Made by a program: the position numbers and the translations under genes. A stretch of 55,283 bases of DNA, taken from contig JASHSU010000092.1 in NCBI GenBank assembly GCA_030038605.1, positions 1 through 55,283 of the forward strand. The letters are read 5' to 3'. Shown piece after piece: positions 29,901-38,752 of the stretch (within the stretch, counting starts at the first letter, position 1; each line of letters begins with the position of its first letter). Source of the DNA: Thermoplasmata archaeon. Lineage in GTDB: Archaea > Thermoplasmatota > Thermoplasmata > Lutacidiplasmatales > UBA184. The notes beneath the pieces are model-generated. The model saw only the letters and a list, made by a program, of their open reading frames with translations, was not told the DNA's origin and made no database searches.

Positions 29901-29985
29901 ACCACGGGTGCTTGATGATCCCGCGGGCCAGCCCGGCGAACAGGCGGAACCCGAGCGTTGCATCGTGCCGCGGCGGTTCCCCCAC
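26944..29985 (-). CDS. MMPL family RND transporter
   Basis: Two repeats with GVGTDYSIFLVARYREE and GLGIDYNIFVLSRVREE; large extracytoplasmic loops. Confidence 0.92.
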   Translation of the reverse strand: MGEPPRHDATLGFRLFAGLARGIIKHPWYPVIFWVALLVVVVPFLPLLGSVTTNTSQNASASSPSALANDEFARLFPNETGGSSSILLFTGPNLTDRSAQGALLNVTAALAADRSLQNVAGYSSVYTAYAGYLAGQVELAGGAIRGASSGPDSLTAGVNGTASLLWGTPAAFVATWEQLIQNTSQPPAHWNYPAYEATLASLGGNATAEAVLTAFYTGAGGSTDGFNGSADCAAAPAQVVACAQSVVRGPVATLVPTLFPTPESAGVASAVLGSLGLQNFTAWSSVRTTASGLLAVQVGFPATWVDTVWTAFPGGRTTSATAEAWANATVANATLWTEPLPVPRAILAQFVNAAGTASLISVAFTVADDYTNGSGGQPVYADYGKIDTTVQAVLTSSDPSRSISYVQTGAGPLDLFTNQAVSETLALVLPLTVGLLLVIAMLYFRSPVTPSVTFAGLGIALVLALGATIVIGKVFGAVDTTSLTLEEVFVLGVGTDYSIFLVARYREELVHGAGPDEAIVHSVAWAGQSVATSGSTAIIATLALTFSGITLLENWGSVLSVAILLTILMSLTLVPAFLKLLGRRIFWPYSGARFERLARRTEEATRREQTYFYRAGRLSQRRPVVLVAVLLLVSIPLVYIALNVPLAYDFYGQLPSGHPATDGLQTLYHAYGNGFATPSFALVTFSAPLVVGNQTNAQEFVDLAAFTARAENTSGIASVLSPVGPYGAPLGTWLNLSSQPLAPQKNLLGTLSGYVGTDGRTVLLTFYPTATGLSQQAVNAVDAVRSSYAAFTESHPEVTQIAYGGGAPTIGDLASETAQATLILIVAVTVGLLVVLIAVLRSWIIALMAVATIGLSISWAWAVTYLVFDQLLGFPLFFYVRTILFMLVLGLGIDYNIFVLSRVREERLRGRPSSEAVVTSVGRTGGIITAAAIILASAFAALAVGEFTLIRAIGFSVAVAVILDAMVVRTYLVPAVLQLLGDRAWSLSGRKGTSPTTAEPPVAPSEATSQPTT

Positions 29986-30006
29986 GGGCGCCCCCGGGAG
30001 ACTGCC

Positions 30007-30017
30007 GAAGATAACCC
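30007..30017 (-). promoter_or_regulatory. Putative TATA-like promoter of the MMPL gene
   Basis: GGGTTATCTTC about 26 nt upstream of GTG 29985; identical 11-mer upstream of the GNAT gene. Confidence 0.5.
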
Positions 30018-30970
30018 TACCGGGGCGCCGGAGTTTCCGTGGCTCCGGTCGCGGCGGCGCCCTTCCACCGGGGCGGGTACCGGGCCGGGTCCGCGAACAC
30101 CCGCGTCTCGGCCACGACCCAGCCTTCCTTCACGGTGCCGAACGCCCGGGATTCCTCGCGCGCGACCCCGGTCGCGACCAGGGCCCCGGTCCGCGTGACC
30201 AGCACGACGTGGGCGCCGCGCGCGAACGGCCGAGGGATCGCGAGGACGCCCCCACGCGCCAGGCCGGCCCCGTGGGCGACCGCACTGGCCGCGCCGTCCT
30301 TGACCACGACCTGCGGGAACTCCCTCCACACTTCCTCGATCGGGTGGAGGTAGCGGAGCAGGGCCTCGGGCCGGCCCTCGCGCCGCTCCGCGTCGGCGTC
30401 CGCGAGCGTCGCCAACGTCACGGCGAGTCCCTCGTCGAACGGACCGTTCGCCACCCGACGCAGCTCCTCCATGTGGCCGCCGCCGCCGAGGGCTTCGCCG
30501 ACGTCGACGGCGAGCGTCCGCACGTACGTGCCCGAGTCCGCGACGATATCCAGCAGGAGGCGCGGACCGTCCACCTCCAGCAGGGTCAGCCGATGGATGG
30601 TGCGGACGCGGCGTTCCCGTCGAACGGCGGAGCGAACCGGGGGCGTCTGGTAGACCGGTCCCTGGAATTCGGCGATCACCCGCTCCAGTTCCCGGCGAGG
30701 CACCGTGCTGTGGAGCCGGATCACCGCGACGTAGCGTTTGGGGAATTCGAGGACCAGCGGGAGGAGCTTGAGCGCCGGCCCGACCCCGACCCAGAGGAGG
30801 CCCGAGACGTTGGGGTCGAGCGTCCCCGCGTGACCCGCCGTCGTGACCCCGAGCAGGTCCCGGGCCCATGCCGTCACCTGGTGCGAGGACGGGCCGCGGG
30901 GTTTGTCGAGCAGCAGGAACGCACCGGCCTTGAGGCGCTCGGCGACGGGGTCGGACGGGGGACCGCTCAC
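30017..30970 (-). CDS. cbf5: H/ACA pseudouridine synthase Cbf5
   Basis: LDKPRGPSSHQV, GHAGTLDP, SGTYVR, C-terminal PUA domain. Confidence 0.95.
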   Translation of the reverse strand: MSGPPSDPVAERLKAGAFLLLDKPRGPSSHQVTAWARDLLGVTTAGHAGTLDPNVSGLLWVGVGPALKLLPLVLEFPKRYVAVIRLHSTVPRRELERVIAEFQGPVYQTPPVRSAVRRERRVRTIHRLTLLEVDGPRLLLDIVADSGTYVRTLAVDVGEALGGGGHMEELRRVANGPFDEGLAVTLATLADADAERREGRPEALLRYLHPIEEVWREFPQVVVKDGAASAVAHGAGLARGGVLAIPRPFARGAHVVLVTRTGALVATGVAREESRAFGTVKEGWVVAETRVFADPARYPPRWKGAAATGATETPAPR

Positions 30971-31515
30971 GGGGAGACTCCACCATCCTGGGCCCGCAGG
31001 AATTCAACGATCCGGCCCGCGACCCGGTCCGGGGGCAGCTGGGTCGAGTCGACCGTCAGGTCGGCGGGCTCGTGGTCGACATCGATCCCATAGAGGGACC
31101 GGTAGCGCCGGCGCTCGCCCTCGACCCGGGAGCGCATCCGGGCGAGCGCTTCGGCGACCGACTGGTGGTCCCGGCCGGCGACCCGCTCGGCCCGCACGGT
31201 CTCGTCCGCCACGACCAGGACCGCGTAGACCGGGGTGCCGTGACGCCGGCAGAGCGCTCCCTGCACCCGTCCGTCCAGCACGATGCCCGGACGGGCGAGT
31301 CCCTGCATCCGTTCGTCCAGGGTCCGGTCGACCTCCGGATGGGCCTCGGCGTAGCCGCCGAATGCCTCGACATCCATCCCCCGCGCCGCGGCCTCCTCCC
31401 GGAACACCTGGCCCGCGCTCACGAACGTGAGCCCGAGGGCCTCGGCGACGCGACGTCCGGCGGTCGACTTACCGCTCCCGGGCGGTCCGCCGAGCGCGAC
31501 GACCCGCCCGATCAC
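30967..31515 (-). CDS. cmk: Cytidylate kinase (archaeal type)
   Basis: GPPGSGKST P-loop, SAGQVFR, RYRSLYGID; conserved position before cbf5. Confidence 0.92.
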   Translation of the reverse strand: MIGRVVALGGPPGSGKSTAGRRVAEALGLTFVSAGQVFREEAAARGMDVEAFGGYAEAHPEVDRTLDERMQGLARPGIVLDGRVQGALCRRHGTPVYAVLVVADETVRAERVAGRDHQSVAEALARMRSRVEGERRRYRSLYGIDVDHEPADLTVDSTQLPPDRVAGRIVEFLRAQDGGVSP

Positions 31516-32366
31516 GCCGGGCTCAGGGCCGCCGGAGGCGTCGGAGGCGGCCGGACCGGCACCAGGTTCCGCTCGCGCGCGAAGCGGCGCAGCCAGTAGT
31601 CCTTCAGCACGCGGCGGAACGCCATCGACGCCGGCACCGTGTACAGGCTGAAGATCAGGAACCAGAGCGGGAAGTAGCCGAAGACATGGTAGGAGTAGAT
31701 GTTGATGATCGAACCGCCGAGGCTGACCGTCTGCTGGGTCACGGTCGCGGCGGCGATGACGAGCCCGACCCAGGTGTAGATCAGGATGAGCATGAAGTAG
31801 GTGATGGCCATCCCCTTGAACTGCGCGATCGTCACCTCGCTGGAGAGGCGCGTGATCCGCTCTTGGAACGGCTTCAACGCCGCGATCCGGTCCTTCTTGC
31901 CGGACTTGATGGCAGCCATCTGCGCCTTGCGGAACGCGGCGTTCCACTTCTGCACACGCGCCGCCTTCGTCCAATCGGTCGTGTAGTTGTAGGCGAGCGC
32001 CGTGATCGCCATCTCCACCGCGCCGGCGAGGGCCATGGTTGCGAGGATGTGGTCGGAACCGAACCCGATGGCGTAGTAGAGCGGACCGGGCGTCGCGGGA
32101 CTCGTCCCGAGGCCGCCCGCCAGCGAGTTCCGGAACCCGGTGTCGATGAGCATCCAGAGCCCGAGGAACCCCAGGAAGATGATCACCGTCGTCGACCACT
32201 TGATGCCCCCGGAGGCGGGACGGCGCGGGGGCGGAGCGGCCGCCTCGTCCGGCGTCGTGTCGGTCGCCGCGCTGGGCAGCGGCGGACCGGACGGATTCGC
32301 CTCCTCCGCCGTGGGTTCGACGACGACCTCCGTCGTGGGGGTCAACGGGGCGTCGTCGCTCAGCAT
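31512..32366 (-). CDS. DUF106 / EMC3-TMCO1 (Oxa1 superfamily) membrane protein
   Basis: TM, cytoplasmic coiled coil, TM architecture; usual location after secY. Confidence 0.85.
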   Translation of the reverse strand: MLSDDAPLTPTTEVVVEPTAEEANPSGPPLPSAATDTTPDEAAAPPPRRPASGGIKWSTTVIIFLGFLGLWMLIDTGFRNSLAGGLGTSPATPGPLYYAIGFGSDHILATMALAGAVEMAITALAYNYTTDWTKAARVQKWNAAFRKAQMAAIKSGKKDRIAALKPFQERITRLSSEVTIAQFKGMAITYFMLILIYTWVGLVIAAATVTQQTVSLGGSIINIYSYHVFGYFPLWFLIFSLYTVPASMAFRRVLKDYWLRRFARERNLVPVRPPPTPPAALSPA

Positions 32367-32367
32367 C

Positions 32368-34134
32368 CTACGACTCGCCTCCCAGGAAGCGACGGAGCAG
32401 CGGGTTCATCTCCATCAACTGCTCGCGGCCCATCGCCTCGTAGAGATTGATGATGATACCGACCATCAGCAGCACCCCGGTCCCGCTGGCATTGCCGAGG
32501 GTACCGATAAGGTCCGCCCCGGCGGCGAGGGCGCCCACGGCGGCGCCCGAGATGACGGTGATGACCGGGATGTACCGCTCGAGCACGCGACGGAGGACCC
32601 GGGGTTCTCTACGGAACCCGGGGATCTGCATTCCCGACGCTTCGATCTGTCGGGCGACCGCCTCGGGACCCATGTTGGTCGTCTGGATCCAAAACTTGGC
32701 GAACAGGATCGACCCGCAGACCATCGCGGTGAAGTAGACGGCGACGTGGACGAGGCCTTGCCACCATGCGTGCCCGTAGAGGAACCCGCCGTACGTCTGG
32801 TAGTTGAGGATGGGGAGCAGCCACGACTCGAGGCCGTTCACCGTGGACAGGTAGTACGCACCTCCGGTGAGCGGTTGGGTTTGACTCACCCCTAACAAAC
32901 TCGCTTGGGCCGCGGTCGGGTATGACCCGACCCACCACTGATGGCCCAGCACCGGGAAATGCATGAGGGTCGAATTCGACCAGAGGAGGATCGTGAAGAG
33001 CGACACGTTGGCGAGCAGCGCGCTCATCAGGATGACCGGGATGTTGGACGCGTAGATGAGACGCAGCGGGTAGCGTCCCCGGGCGCCGCGGGCCTCGGCG
33101 TGCGAGAGCGGCAGCTCGATCCGCGTCGATTCGGTCCAGGCGACGAGGAAGAAGATCGCCGCGGTGCCGATGAGCGCGACGATCGGATTCGGCTGACGTA
33201 ACAGGACCTGTTCCCACCCCCCGCTCGCCATCTGGCTCGCGCTGTAATTGGTGAAGAACCAGAGCGCCTTGGGGATGGCGCCGCTCGGCGGATTGCTCGC
33301 GCTCACCGCCGCCGCCGGATTTTGCGGGACCCAGTTGAGCGTCCCCTGCACGATCTGCTGCGAGACGCCCGCGGCGATGAATAGCGAGATCCCGCTGCCG
33401 ATCCCCCACTTCGAGACGACCTCGTCCATCAGGAAGACGAGGTAACTGCCGAACACGAGCTGCGCGACGATGATCGTGTTCGCGAGCAGGAGACCGTTAC
33501 CGGGGGAGGCGTTGCCCAGGCTCGTGACGATGCCCGCCGAGGGGGTCAGGTACCCGTAGACCTGCGGGACCGCCTCGATGAAGATCATCGCGATGACGAG
33601 GACCTTCTGCGTGCCCTGGTAGGTCCCCTTGTCCTCGTCGTTGGTCAGGTCCAGGTTGATGATCTTCGCACCCGTGAACAGTTGCATGATGATCGACCCG
33701 GTGACGATCGGGCCGATGCCCAGGTGCATGAGCGTGCCTTGCGCGCCCGCGAGGATCGCGCGGTAGCTGGCGAACAGGTCGATGACGGTCGCCTGGTCGA
33801 CGCCGAAGAGGTAGATGTTCGTCAGCAGGAAGTACATCAGCAGGACGGAGACCGTCCAGAACAGCTTCGTCCGGAAATGCACGTGGCCTTTCGGCTGCGT
33901 GACGGCCGGCATCCGGGTTGTGAGCGGCTTCAGTCCGTAGAGCTTGGAACCGGGACCGGTGTAGGAGAGTCCCAGGTAGAGGACCCCCATCACGACGACG
34001 ATGACGGCGCTCACCAGGCCGAACGCGATGAGCGTCGGCTGCTCCCAGTACCAGATGATGGCGAGCAGGATGGCGCCGAGCACCGCGAGCGGGATCGCCC
34101 AACGCGGGTCGCGGGGCGTCTCATCGTCCGCCAT
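32368..34134 (-). CDS. secY: Preprotein translocase subunit SecY
   Basis: GTLMHLGIGPIVT, KWGIGSGISLFIAAGV, YASNIP, IPGFR. ATG 34134 preferred over GTG 34149. Confidence 0.97.
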   Translation of the reverse strand: MADDETPRDPRWAIPLAVLGAILLAIIWYWEQPTLIAFGLVSAVIVVVMGVLYLGLSYTGPGSKLYGLKPLTTRMPAVTQPKGHVHFRTKLFWTVSVLLMYFLLTNIYLFGVDQATVIDLFASYRAILAGAQGTLMHLGIGPIVTGSIIMQLFTGAKIINLDLTNDEDKGTYQGTQKVLVIAMIFIEAVPQVYGYLTPSAGIVTSLGNASPGNGLLLANTIIVAQLVFGSYLVFLMDEVVSKWGIGSGISLFIAAGVSQQIVQGTLNWVPQNPAAAVSASNPPSGAIPKALWFFTNYSASQMASGGWEQVLLRQPNPIVALIGTAAIFFLVAWTESTRIELPLSHAEARGARGRYPLRLIYASNIPVILMSALLANVSLFTILLWSNSTLMHFPVLGHQWWVGSYPTAAQASLLGVSQTQPLTGGAYYLSTVNGLESWLLPILNYQTYGGFLYGHAWWQGLVHVAVYFTAMVCGSILFAKFWIQTTNMGPEAVARQIEASGMQIPGFRREPRVLRRVLERYIPVITVISGAAVGALAAGADLIGTLGNASGTGVLLMVGIIINLYEAMGREQLMEMNPLLRRFLGGES

Positions 34135-34159
34135 GAAGCCGCGTTCCACCCGGAGCCCG

Positions 34160-34169
34160 ATTAATATAG
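34160..34169 (-). promoter_or_regulatory. Internal TATA box upstream of secY
   Basis: CTATATTAAT about 26 nt upstream of ATG 34134, within the rpl15-secY gap. Confidence 0.6.
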
Positions 34170-34207
34170 TCTACGGGAGCCGCGCGGGACGGCCGCGGCG
34201 GCCCGCG

Positions 34208-34645
34208 CTACCGGTCCCCCGCCCCCGTCGCCGGGGGCTCCGTGAGCAGCGTGACCTTGTCGCCCGCGTGGCGCGAGGCGTGGGCGACGTAGACGCTCCA
34301 GGTCCCGACCGGGGCCCCGCCGCCGAGCAGGCGGTCGATACCGGCCTTGGTCAGGTCCGCGACGTACGTCGTGCCGTTCTCGGTCACGGCGCCGGCGGCC
34401 CGCAGGAGCGGGAGATAGGTGGGCAGGTCCCCGACGTTCAGCGAGGTCGGCCGCTCGACCGTCCCCGGCGGTCGCTTGAACCCGTGCCGGCCGAAGTGGT
34501 CGGGCGCGTAGATGAGCATCGACTTGAACTTGTACTTGTGCAGGCCCGCGTTGCCCCGGCCGCCCTGCTTGCCCGCGCCGCGGCCCGCCTTGATGCCCCG
34601 ACCGTGCGTCCGGAGACCTCGGAACTTGCGCGTCCGGCTCGGCAT
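34208..34645 (-). CDS. rpl15: 50S ribosomal protein uL15
   Basis: RGLRTHGRG...RGAGKQGGRGNAG, FGRHGF. Confidence 0.95.
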   Translation of the reverse strand: MPSRTRKFRGLRTHGRGIKAGRGAGKQGGRGNAGLHKYKFKSMLIYAPDHFGRHGFKRPPGTVERPTSLNVGDLPTYLPLLRAAGAVTENGTTYVADLTKAGIDRLLGGGAPVGTWSVYVAHASRHAGDKVTLLTEPPATGAGDR

Positions 34646-34649
34646 CGGT

Positions 34650-35105
34650 TCACACCATCCGCCGGACGAGCTCGTTGATCTGAGCGCCGCGGTATCCCAG
34701 GGCGCCGCCGCGCGTAAACGGCTTCTTCGTCGACCGCCACCCGCCCTTCGGCGGCGTGAGGCGGAACAGCGGCTTGAGCCCGCGCACGGGAGGAAGTCCT
34801 TCCTTGGCGACCTTGGCCGCGACCTCGGTCAGGTCCTTTCCGCCCAGACTGACCGCGCGCTCGGCGGTGACGCTCGAACCTTCGGCCGTGCGGCCCCGGT
34901 GTTCCAGGAGGAAGCCGACCGTCGCCGGGTCCGCTTCGCCCCAGGTGACGTATCCCTGGACGCGCGTGATCATCCCCCGGAACTCCGGCCGCTCGGGTAC
35001 GACGGTCGCGTGATTAGCCCGCGTGAGGTGCAGGAGCCGGAGCGTGTCGACCACGTCATGCCGCGCGTGGATCGTGCCACGCACGCGAACGATCATCCAG
35101 CCCAT
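34650..35105 (-). CDS. rpl30: 50S ribosomal protein uL30
   Basis: IVRVRG, TLRLLHL, VTWGE, FRLTPPKGG, GYRGAQINELVRRM. Confidence 0.95.
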   Translation of the reverse strand: MGWMIVRVRGTIHARHDVVDTLRLLHLTRANHATVVPERPEFRGMITRVQGYVTWGEADPATVGFLLEHRGRTAEGSSVTAERAVSLGGKDLTEVAAKVAKEGLPPVRGLKPLFRLTPPKGGWRSTKKPFTRGGALGYRGAQINELVRRMV

Positions 35106-35107
35106 CG

Positions 35108-36010
35108 CTAGGCACCTCCCGTCGTCGGAGCGTTCCGGCTGGGGGGCGCGCGACCGGGCGGGCCCCGTCCCGGAGGTCCGCGACCCGGCGGTCCACGGCC
35201 CGGACCGCCACGGCCCGGCGGCCCGCCGCGTCCGCGACCCCGTCCCCGGCCACCGCGCATCGGTCGGACCCCTTCCTCCTTCGGCGGAAGGATCGAGGTG
35301 CCGGTCGGTCCGCGGACGATCCGCAGATGCTGCGCATCCGTCGCCGGTACCTTGAGCTGGGCCAGCGCGGCGAGGGCGCCGTAGACCGCCTGGGCGTAGT
35401 TGACCGTGGTCTTCGTGTGTCCGTCGGTGTAGCCCCACGCGTCGGTGATGCCGGCGAAGCGCAGGATCGGCTTGGCGACGTCGCCGACCGCCAGACCCAC
35501 GCCCCGCGGCGCGGGACGGAACGAGACGACGACCGAGCCGGCCCGCGCCTCGACCTGGAACGGGAGCGAGTGGGCGCGACCGCACCCGCACTCCCAGCTG
35601 CCGCATCCGCGGAGGATCTCGACGATCTCCAGCTTGGCCCGGTCGATCGCGCGTCGGATGGTCGGACCGACCTCGCGGCCCTTGGCGCGGCCGAGGCCGA
35701 CGAAGCCGTCGCCGGTCCCGACGACGACCGTGACCGCGAACTTGAACCGGCGGCCCGAGTCGGTCATCCGCTGGACCATGTTGACGTCCAGCACCTCGTC
35801 GTGCAATCCGGGGAGCAGCTTGTCGACGATCTGCGGCTCGCGCAACGGCAGTCCCGTCGCCAGCGCCTCGCTCATCGTCTTGACCTCGTCCGCCGCGACC
35901 CGGCGGCCGAGCTCCGTCTTGGGGACCCACGGCGGGGGCGCCGGGGCGCCCGGTGGTCCCCCCGAGTATCCGCCCCGCTCGCGCGAGGGTCCGGCCATCG
36001 CTCCGCTCAT
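35108..36010 (-). CDS. rps5: 30S ribosomal protein uS5
   Basis: [26 protein letters not shown]; RG/GPP-repeat tail. Confidence 0.96.
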   Translation of the reverse strand: MSGAMAGPSRERGGYSGGPPGAPAPPPWVPKTELGRRVAADEVKTMSEALATGLPLREPQIVDKLLPGLHDEVLDVNMVQRMTDSGRRFKFAVTVVVGTGDGFVGLGRAKGREVGPTIRRAIDRAKLEIVEILRGCGSWECGCGRAHSLPFQVEARAGSVVVSFRPAPRGVGLAVGDVAKPILRFAGITDAWGYTDGHTKTTVNYAQAVYGALAALAQLKVPATDAQHLRIVRGPTGTSILPPKEEGVRPMRGGRGRGRGRGGPPGRGGPGRGPPGRGPPGRGPPGRAPPSRNAPTTGGA

Positions 36011-36531
36011 GACGACTCCGGACGCTGCACGAGGGCGGATAGCTTCTGCCGGTAGGTGTCGAGCGGCAGCGGGAGCTTCTTGGGGAGATGCGCCCCGGCC
36101 AGCCGGTCGGCAGAGGGGAACCCTTCGTCGCCGTGCGGGATCGTGAGGCCGGCGTCCAGGAGCCCCCGGAGCGCCGCCGACAATCGCCCGCCCGAGGTCG
36201 GGTGGCGGATGCCCAGATCCAGTACCGCCTCGGCCTGGCCGTGCGCCTTCGCCCGGAGCCCGGCCAAGTAGGCCGTCAGGTACGCCGCGGGCGTCGAAGC
36301 GAGCGAAACGGACGGGAACTCGATCCCTCCGAGCTCGGTCGAGTCGGCCGTCGCCAGGACCCGGTCACCGGACGGGTCGAACGCGACGACGGAGACGCGG
36401 ACGCGACGCTCCGACAGGCGGACCACGGCCCGGGGCCGACCGGATTTGAGGAGCTTCAACCGCACGCGGTAGTCGGTCCGTCCCTCGCGTCGCCGACGGA
36501 AGTGGACGCGGTAGCGCGGGGAATCGCTCAT
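36007..36531 (-). CDS. rpl18: 50S ribosomal protein uL18
   Basis: [24 protein letters not shown]. Confidence 0.95.
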   Translation of the reverse strand: MSDSPRYRVHFRRRREGRTDYRVRLKLLKSGRPRAVVRLSERRVRVSVVAFDPSGDRVLATADSTELGGIEFPSVSLASTPAAYLTAYLAGLRAKAHGQAEAVLDLGIRHPTSGGRLSAALRGLLDAGLTIPHGDEGFPSADRLAGAHLPKKLPLPLDTYRQKLSALVQRPESS

Positions 36532-36986
36532 GCCGCCTCCGGGAGGTGGCCGGCCAGGCGGAGGTTCTGGAGCAGGTGGGCCCGGCTGCGGAACATACCG
36601 CCCTTGGCCCGCCGGTAGAACTCGCGGTAGACCTTCGGGGGGATCTTCTTGCCGGTGCGGAGTTCGCGGAGAAGGTCCCGCTGGGCCCGGATCCGGCGCA
36701 TCCACCGCGACTTGCGGGTGAGACGGGACTCGGGGGTTCCCTTGCGAGAGCCCGGTCCCTGATGCCGTCCCTTGGCGACCTCCTGGGCGCGACGACGGGC
36801 GCGGGCCCGGGACGTGCCGATGGTCGCCCGGCGACGGATGACCCCGGCCTTGATCGCGCCCCGCACGTCCGCGCGGGTGACGGCGTCGGCCAGGTCCTCT
36901 TGGCTCGCGGGGTCCAGGAAGACGCGGCCCTCGCCGCATTTGAGCAGGGCCGCCGCCAGGCGGCGCTGGTTGGAGAGGTCGGGCAT
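36528..36986 (-). CDS. rpl19e: 50S ribosomal protein eL19
   Basis: QRRLAA.LLKCG, GPGSRKG, AKGGMF. Confidence 0.96.
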   Translation of the reverse strand: MPDLSNQRRLAAALLKCGEGRVFLDPASQEDLADAVTRADVRGAIKAGVIRRRATIGTSRARARRRAQEVAKGRHQGPGSRKGTPESRLTRKSRWMRRIRAQRDLLRELRTGKKIPPKVYREFYRRAKGGMFRSRAHLLQNLRLAGHLPEAA

Positions 36987-36989
36987 CGT

Positions 36990-37637
36990 CTACTCCTCCC
37001 CGGGTGTCGCGATCGGGTTGAGCACGTGGATGCCGAGCTTCTTCGCGGCCTCCTCGAGGCCAAGTCGCCGCCGGGTGCCGACCGTCCGCGCGATGATGGC
37101 CGCGTCGCGCTTCGGGTCGAGCGGCGCCAGGTCGTCGGCGTGGTGGACCAGAACCGGGCGGTACCCGCTCGGGGTCAGGCCGCGCACGTCCGCCGGCGAG
37201 CCGTAGCCGATCCGGACGATGCGGGGTCGGTACCCGTAGTGGCGGCGCTGCTTCGACTGGAGCCCCCGCGGACGGCGCCAGGCGTTGTCGCGGCCGATGC
37301 GGTAGTACCGGTTGGCGGCCTGGCGGCCGAACACCGGACGGCGCCGGTCCAGGGTCTTGCGGAGTTTGAGGTGGGTCGCGACGGTCTCCGGCAGCGTGGC
37401 CCGCTTCGGGATCTTGACCTCGTCCGCCTCGGCATCCTTGGCCTTGGGCTTGGACTTGGTCTTGGTCGCCGGCTTCTCGGCCGACACCGCCGGCGGGGTC
37501 GTCGTCGCGGACTGGGTCACCGGGGTGTCGTCCGACACGCCGGTCGCGCGGCGGCGCCGCTTGGGCGGCGGGGCCTCGGGCGCCGGGGTCGTCTCGGTCG
37601 GCTCCGCCGGGTCCGTCGGCTCCGTCGGGTCGGTCAT
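36990..37637 (-). CDS. rpl32e: 50S ribosomal protein eL32 with N-terminal extension
   Basis: WRRPRGLQSKQR, GYGSP, RGLTPSG. Confidence 0.95.
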   Translation of the reverse strand: MTDPTEPTDPAEPTETTPAPEAPPPKRRRRATGVSDDTPVTQSATTTPPAVSAEKPATKTKSKPKAKDAEADEVKIPKRATLPETVATHLKLRKTLDRRRPVFGRQAANRYYRIGRDNAWRRPRGLQSKQRRHYGYRPRIVRIGYGSPADVRGLTPSGYRPVLVHHADDLAPLDPKRDAAIIARTVGTRRRLGLEEAAKKLGIHVLNPIATPGEE

Positions 37638-38200
37638 CAGCTGGCCTCCTTGAAGTGGGAGCGCTCGGTGAGGTAGATGCCGTCCTGGAAGACCCGCGGG
37701 TCGTAGTCGCGGATGCGGGTCGCCCGCTCGATGTTCGCCCCGCTCTGACCCACGCTCTCGATGTCGGTGCCCGAGAGCACGACGAACTCACCGTCGACCT
37801 GGGCGGTCGTCCCCGGGACGAGCTGAGCGGTCCGAGGGTACTTCTCGCCGAGGAAGTTCTCGATGACGAGCTCCTGGCCCCGGACCGAGACCTTCATCGG
37901 GAAGTGGGCGGCGACGACCTTCATCTTCGCCTCCACGCCCCGGGTCAGTCCCGCGGCGAGGTTCCGCAGGTGCGCCGCCCAGGTCCCGAGCAGCGCCTGG
38001 GCGGCGCGTCGGCCCGGCGGCAGCTGCAACGTGAGCGTGGCGACCGACCCGTGGACGGACAACTCGAGGACGTCGGCGGGGAACGGGCGCTCGGCCGTCC
38101 CCAGCGGGCCCTTGACCCGCAGGCGGCGGCCGTCCACCGTGACCGAGACCCCCTGGGGGAGGTCGACGGTGGCGAGACGGCGGTCAGCGTCAGTAGACAT
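37637..38200 (-). CDS. rpl6: 50S ribosomal protein uL6
   Basis: VKGPLG, HFPM, NFLGEK, DPRVFQDGIY. Confidence 0.96.
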   Translation of the reverse strand: MSTDADRRLATVDLPQGVSVTVDGRRLRVKGPLGTAERPFPADVLELSVHGSVATLTLQLPPGRRAAQALLGTWAAHLRNLAAGLTRGVEAKMKVVAAHFPMKVSVRGQELVIENFLGEKYPRTAQLVPGTTAQVDGEFVVLSGTDIESVGQSGANIERATRIRDYDPRVFQDGIYLTERSHFKEAS

Positions 38201-38579
38201 AGGCGAGCAGCCGACCTCCGATCTTCTTCTCGCGCGCCTCGCGGTGCGAGACGACGCCCTGGTTGGTGGAGAGGACGAGCAGACCGAAGTCCTGGGCCGG
38301 CAGGAACCGGGCCTCGTACCGCTCGAGGCGGCCCGCGGCGACGGCCAGTCGCGGCTTGATGACCCCGCACGAGTTGATCCGACGCGAAAGCTTGACGTCG
38401 TAGGCGCCGCCGCGGCCGTTCGCCACGAACGTGAATTCCTCGATGAACTGGTGCTCGCGGAAGATCCGGAGGACCTCCGCGATCAGCTTCGAGGTCGGGT
38501 GGAGCGTGACGTGCGGCTGCCCGTCGGCGTCGGCGTGGCGGAGGGCGACGAGCGCGTCGTTGAGGAGGTCGTGCTGCAT
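38190..38579 (-). CDS. rps8: 30S ribosomal protein uS8
   Basis: INSCGVIKPR, STNQG, GGRLLAYVY. Confidence 0.96.
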   Translation of the reverse strand: MQHDLLNDALVALRHADADGQPHVTLHPTSKLIAEVLRIFREHQFIEEFTFVANGRGGAYDVKLSRRINSCGVIKPRLAVAAGRLERYEARFLPAQDFGLLVLSTNQGVVSHREAREKKIGGRLLAYVY

Positions 38580-38588
38580 GGAAACGTC

Positions 38589-38735
38589 CTACTGGTATTT
38601 TCTGAACCCGAGGTCCATCGCGACCTCGCGGAAGCACTGGCGGCAGAGATGGAGGCCGTAGCGGCGGACGATGCCGCGCTTGCGGTCGCACCGCAGGCAG
38701 CCGACCTTGCGCCCGAACAACTTCTTCGGTTTCAT
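38589..38735 (-). CDS. rps14: 30S ribosomal protein uS14 (Zn-binding), missing from the ORF track
   Basis: Manual translation [48 protein letters not shown] (48 aa). Confidence 0.95.
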   Translation of the reverse strand: MKPKKLFGRKVGCLRCDRKRGIVRRYGLHLCRQCFREVAMDLGFRKYQ

Positions 38736-38752
38736 CGGTCGACCTCCGCTCC

